64,000 nt of DNA from the human T2T-CHM13v2.0 reference genome, Homo sapiens. Each line of letters opens with the position of its first letter. Within the stretch, counting starts at the first letter, position 1. Both the position numbers and the translations under genes were made by a program. Below the pieces are notes generated by a model. That model had not been told where the DNA came from. It saw only the letters and a list, made by a program, of their open reading frames with translations, and searched no databases. The stretch is from NCBI RefSeq assembly GCF_009914755.1, contig NC_060941.1; one strand, 5' to 3'. Positions 59,721 to 64,000 of this stretch are shown in pieces.

Positions 59721-60952
59721 AATGTTAGATGTCTTCTATGAGCTCTCTCAGAAGCTTTTATATTATTGGTTTGTGTAACAATCCTGCAAGGCAGTTATTT
59801 TTTCTTCTCACACTACTCATTGAGAAATTGAACTTTGGTTCATTTGTGGACTTTTGTGTATTTCAAATTTCCTTGCTGTTCCATTTCAGTCTCAGGATTG
59901 ACTCACATCTCTTCAAGGGATCAACAATTGTTTCTTGATCAATATATGATTTCTTAAATGATGAATTAAACCATCTTGATGTTGGTAGACTGTCAGAATT
60001 TTAATAAATTTTCCAAATGTTTTTTAACATCCCAGGGCACTTCATATAACTAACCATTAACACCTTAGGCACACACTTCCTTTAATTTCATATTTACAAA
60101 TGAACCTTATCTCTAAGTATTGTAAATAGGGTATTCAAACACCTGAATAGCTAAGGTGTTATGCAGGCAAAGTCCGTTACCCGTTCTCATCACCATACTT
60201 TGAATATTGTTAAAATATAAAACTACCCACTTATGAATTCTTCATCTCCAGTATTCCAATCTATACTTTCACTTCAGTTATTCTTCCACTTTCCTTCTAG
60301 GCATCCACGTAACTCACTCTCTGACCCCATTTACCTTACCAAGATCCTTTACCTCATTAAGTTCTTTCTTTTATCAACTCTCTCCTAATTTTACTTCTTC
60401 CCCAATGTAGCCAATACTGATGATATATCATGTCAGATTAGTTCAGGCTAATAACCGGTTTTATTGACTTTCAAAATCTCATCAGTGAGTCCTTCGGACA
60501 TTTGAATTTTCCGCTCTCACTCCAGACCTTGTGAGTGCGTTTCAAGGAAATTTTACTCAAGGAAGCAAATGTGTGCTGTGATGAAAGGTTATCTAATCTC
60601 AGATGGACCCAGCATCACTAAGTAACTGTGTGACTTGTTCACCTATTTCTCCCATACCCTTAAAGGCCATTCCAACCCTCACATATTTTAAAATTCTCTA
60701 CTGTAACATGCTTCTCACTCCAAAATCACAGGTAAACTATAGTGTGTGTCATTGGCAGAAGATGTTACTCCTATTTGCATCCTTGGTTCCCAGATTCGTG
60801 TGTTTCAGTCTTCAGGGACACAGCCCCTTATACTGGCCATTTGTTAAAAGAGTAAACTGTTTCTTAAATGTAAAAATTGCAGCCCTGCAGAGTGTCTTCC
60901 CTGACGTGGCACCTTAGCTATACTTTTCAGATCCATTCCAATATTCTTAACG

Positions 60953-61221
60953 GCAGAGTCAGCTTATCTATAAGGCACAATAAGTACAGTACCTAGGGCC
61001 TACAGTATTTAGGGCTCCATGAAATGCTTTAATTTTAATATCTTTTAAAATCAGAAGAAACAATATAATAATGAATATATAATCTTGAATCTAGTCTTGA
61101 CTATATTCATATTTATACTAACAAAATAATAAAATATATACACATACATGTGTCTGTGAGTCTATATATTTTTTCTATTGGAGGTAAGTATTTTGGGTCC
61201 AAGATAGTCATAATGTGGTCC
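60953..61221. mobile_element. MER96B-like hAT MITE
   Basis: aggcacaataagtacagtacctagggcctac..ttttaaaatcagaagaaa..agtcataatgtggtcct. Confidence 0.65.
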
Positions 61222-61224
61222 TTT

Positions 61225-62665
61225 CCATCTGACTGGCAACTTCTAGGCTACATGGTATGTAGTTGGCAAATGAGTGACATGATTTTATACTCACTATCAC
61301 ATCTCCTTTCTATAAAGTGAGACTGTGATCAGAAATGATGAAATGAAGGATATTACAACAATAAATCAGACACTCTGTGATTCCCCAGATAATGGTGCTG
61401 GCTTAGGAATTACACGCACCAAAGGCTAATCTACCCTTAGAATATGACTCAATCTTAGTGACTGTTAGGTCTTCTCAAGGGATAACAGCACATTTTAGTT
61501 GCTGACAGGTCAGATGATTTGTGTGGCTATGAAAACATCAGCCTTGATGAAAAGAAAACCATGATTTTGGGCCCATGCATTGCCTCCATCCCTATTGCTC
61601 CGCTCTTGAGTGACTAGTGCAAGTATTGGGGTAGTCAAGGTCAGAGGTTTGGTGCCCTCCCTTTATGAATCACTGTAACTCCTGGTTGCAGTGAACTCTT
61701 TGTGGCTTAATGCTCAAAGATTCACACACTCTGTCCAATCTGACAGGTCTAGCCACATGCCTTTATATAGGCATTTTTGTAGCTAATCATCCAACACTGT
61801 GCCTTCCAGGTGCCTGCTCAACCAGCTAAGCCATTCATCAGTGCCCAGAAGACCATTTATGTCCTTACCTAAGTCTGCTTCTTTCTCCATACCAAATTCA
61901 TGACCAGGTGTGCATCTCAAAGATATGTTTCTTTATGGAACTTCACTTTACCACTGTCTTTCACAGATACCACAAGATGGGATATCCTCAGTGCATTTCT
62001 GGCTTTTGCCAACGTAACAGGTCAGACCTGAGTTTATGTCCTCCATCAACAAGGCCATAGAGGTTGAGGGAGAGGTACTAGTGCAAACTTTTTAGGTGAC
62101 ATGGAGATCTGGGAAACTGGTTGATATAATTTCTTTTGTGCATTCTGGATTAGACTAATGTCTGAACAATCTTATGACCAGTGCGTGATGGGCAGTTGTT
62201 TTTTAAGTCCTTTTATGTCATGGTTAGGTGCTCAGTTTCTAACAAGGGCCAGTTCAAGTTTTTGACTGCTTCCTAGACAGTGAGTACTTCTCTGCTGAAG
62301 ATGGTGTGACCTTGCTCCTGAAATGAGCCTTGCTTTTCATGAGCCCTGCTGGCCCATGAAAGCTGAGATGTGCAACTCTTCCCAGCTTCACTTTCAGTGG
62401 CATCACATTGATAGCTTGAAGCTGGCCATGACAGGAGTATGTAAAACATGGACATTGGCAAACATTACAAATAGGATCTTTTTGTCCCCACAGAGCTAGT
62501 TTACCAGTGTGCCAATGAGTTTTCTTAGTCACTCTTATTGGAATTTGCCCTAGAAACCAAGCAGTATAGCTCTGTGCCATTCACATCTCTATGCTGTAGT
62601 GCCTGGTCCAGTTCCAGAATTTCATCTTGAAGGGCTACTTCCCAAGACCACTTCTAATGCGAGCT
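61225..62665 (-). mobile_element. ERVL-class internal remnant (ERV3-16A3/HERV16-like)
   Basis: ataaatcagacactctgtgattccccagataatggtgctggc. A leader-like cccaagaccacttctaatgc sits next to the LTR. Confidence 0.55.
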
Positions 62666-63110
62666 GCTCAGCTTGGGTTTCTCAAGAATCTAACCCTGAG
62701 GCAAAAATTATAGTGCGAGTACTTTTATTTGATAGGTATTCCCAGGAAACACTGATGAGAGAGTAGACACAGGGAAGGGAAGAAAACCAAAAGCCAGTAA
62801 ATGATGTGTTATCAAGCCTGTTACCACTGTGGATGCATGCAGATCATTCCTTCTGGGGAATGCTTATAAAACATACAAGATGTACCTTAAAGTTATTCCA
62901 AGTTAGGGCAGGGAATCTGGGATAAAATAAGCCAACTCCCTGTACATTACTGGTTAAGGGCTGCTTCTGGGAACTCATTACTTTGTGTACAGGCAGACTG
63001 CTTATCCTGGCCCAGAAATAAACCCTCAGGCAACAGTTCACAGGTATTTATAGTAAACAAACTAAGGTGAATTCTGAGGGTATATGAAGGCACCAACAAT
63101 ATTTATGACA
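62666..63110 (-). mobile_element. LTR16-family LTR (5' LTR of the adjacent element)
   Basis: accctgaggc..gtgcgagtacttttatttgataggtattcccaggaaacac..gtgttatcaagcctgttaccactgtgg..gagggtatatgaaggcaccaacaat..aca. Confidence 0.7.
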
Positions 63111-63769
63111 GGAAGTAGCATTTATTTTTCATGCATTTTCTTTTATATATGTGGCAAATCATTTTCATTCAATTTCTGCAAACTCTAAATTAAGCCCTTG
63201 GGATCTCAGCAAAAGGAAATCTTAAAACAAAAAGAACAATGTGCCAAACAATACGGGTCCTCTCAAGGAAAAACTCCATAATCATACAAAATAAAGACAT
63301 CAGTGGGAAGAAAAGTAGCCTTATGCGGAATCTATACTCGAACATGAATATGTTAAAGAATAAAAATTAAGCCGTATCAAAGGAACTTTAGAAAAGGTAT
63401 TAACAACTGCAACTCCCCAAGAAATGGGCCTGGATTTAGATCAGAGGACTTGCTTTTCAAACATGCAACCACACACTAACAAAAAACAAAGTCCTCATAT
63501 TTATTTGGATTTTAGAGGTTTTGACAAAGAGTATCAAAAATGGAAAAAATCTGACTTTGGGTGACTTATTTTTATAGTAAATGCTGACTGATGGATTTCC
63601 TAAAAGATCTGAAATAGACTTTGAATTTTTCACTATGAATTTTCAATATTAATAAAATTAGTAGAGAAGGATAAAAAGTTATCCAGTCCAGATAGGTAAA
63701 AAGATAAAAGAAATTCCCAAGGTCTATTACTAGGATATAAATCTTTTTTTCTTAATTTGGTATATACTC

Positions 63770-63832
63770 TGTATGTATGTATATGTGCGTATGTGTGTGT
63801 GTGTGTATGAGAGAGAGAGAGAGAAGGAAAGA
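63770..63832 (+). repeat. compound (TG)n(GA)n microsatellite
   Basis: Direct reading of the sequence. Confidence 0.9.
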
Positions 63833-64000
63833 GAGCCAGAGAAAAGCAAGATTATTTTCTCTTTCAACATAGAGAGTTCTTTGTATTACTTCAGATTTTT
63901 CAATTGAGGGAACTTTTATATCTTATATTTGATACTGCTCCAGTCTTTGCACCCTTTCGTGTAGGAAGGAGAATCTCTTGTACATGGAATCTATCTTCAT

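Overview
AT-rich primate (human-like) genomic DNA, intergenic or deep-intronic. It is not prokaryotic: there are no operons, CRISPR arrays, rRNA or tRNA genes, no CpG island and no protein-coding exon I can recognise. A large part of the window is interspersed repeat: about 15 Alus (J, S and Y), L1PA/L1PB/L1M 3' fragments, L2, L3/CR1, MIR, MaLR LTRs (THE1A/B/C-D, MLT1), ERVL-class elements (MLT2, LTR33, LTR16, and a decayed gag-pro-pol remnant), ERV1-class LTRs (LTR8A-like, MER57-like) and DNA transposon fossils (Charlie1, Zaphod, MER5, MER96B-like, MADE1). Many ORFs in the track lie in repeats or low-complexity DNA; the rest are short and unrecognised. The most notable items are: (1) a near-perfect MADE1 hairpin resembling a miR-548 precursor; (2) a CpG-retaining THE1A solo LTR holding an Alu with an apparent 5' inversion and a 9-bp insertion; (3) a MER57-type provirus end with a duplicated polypurine tract and a second embedded LTR start; (4) a THE1 provirus collapsed by a microhomology deletion with perfect TSDs; (5) an Alu tail converted into a palindromic, CpG-rich alternating purine-pyrimidine tract; and (6) several non-repeat segments that look like enhancers or non-coding exons. 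I see no convincing novel multi-gene system. Repeat family names come from recalled consensus sequences, not from a database search, and the boundaries of old repeats are approximate.
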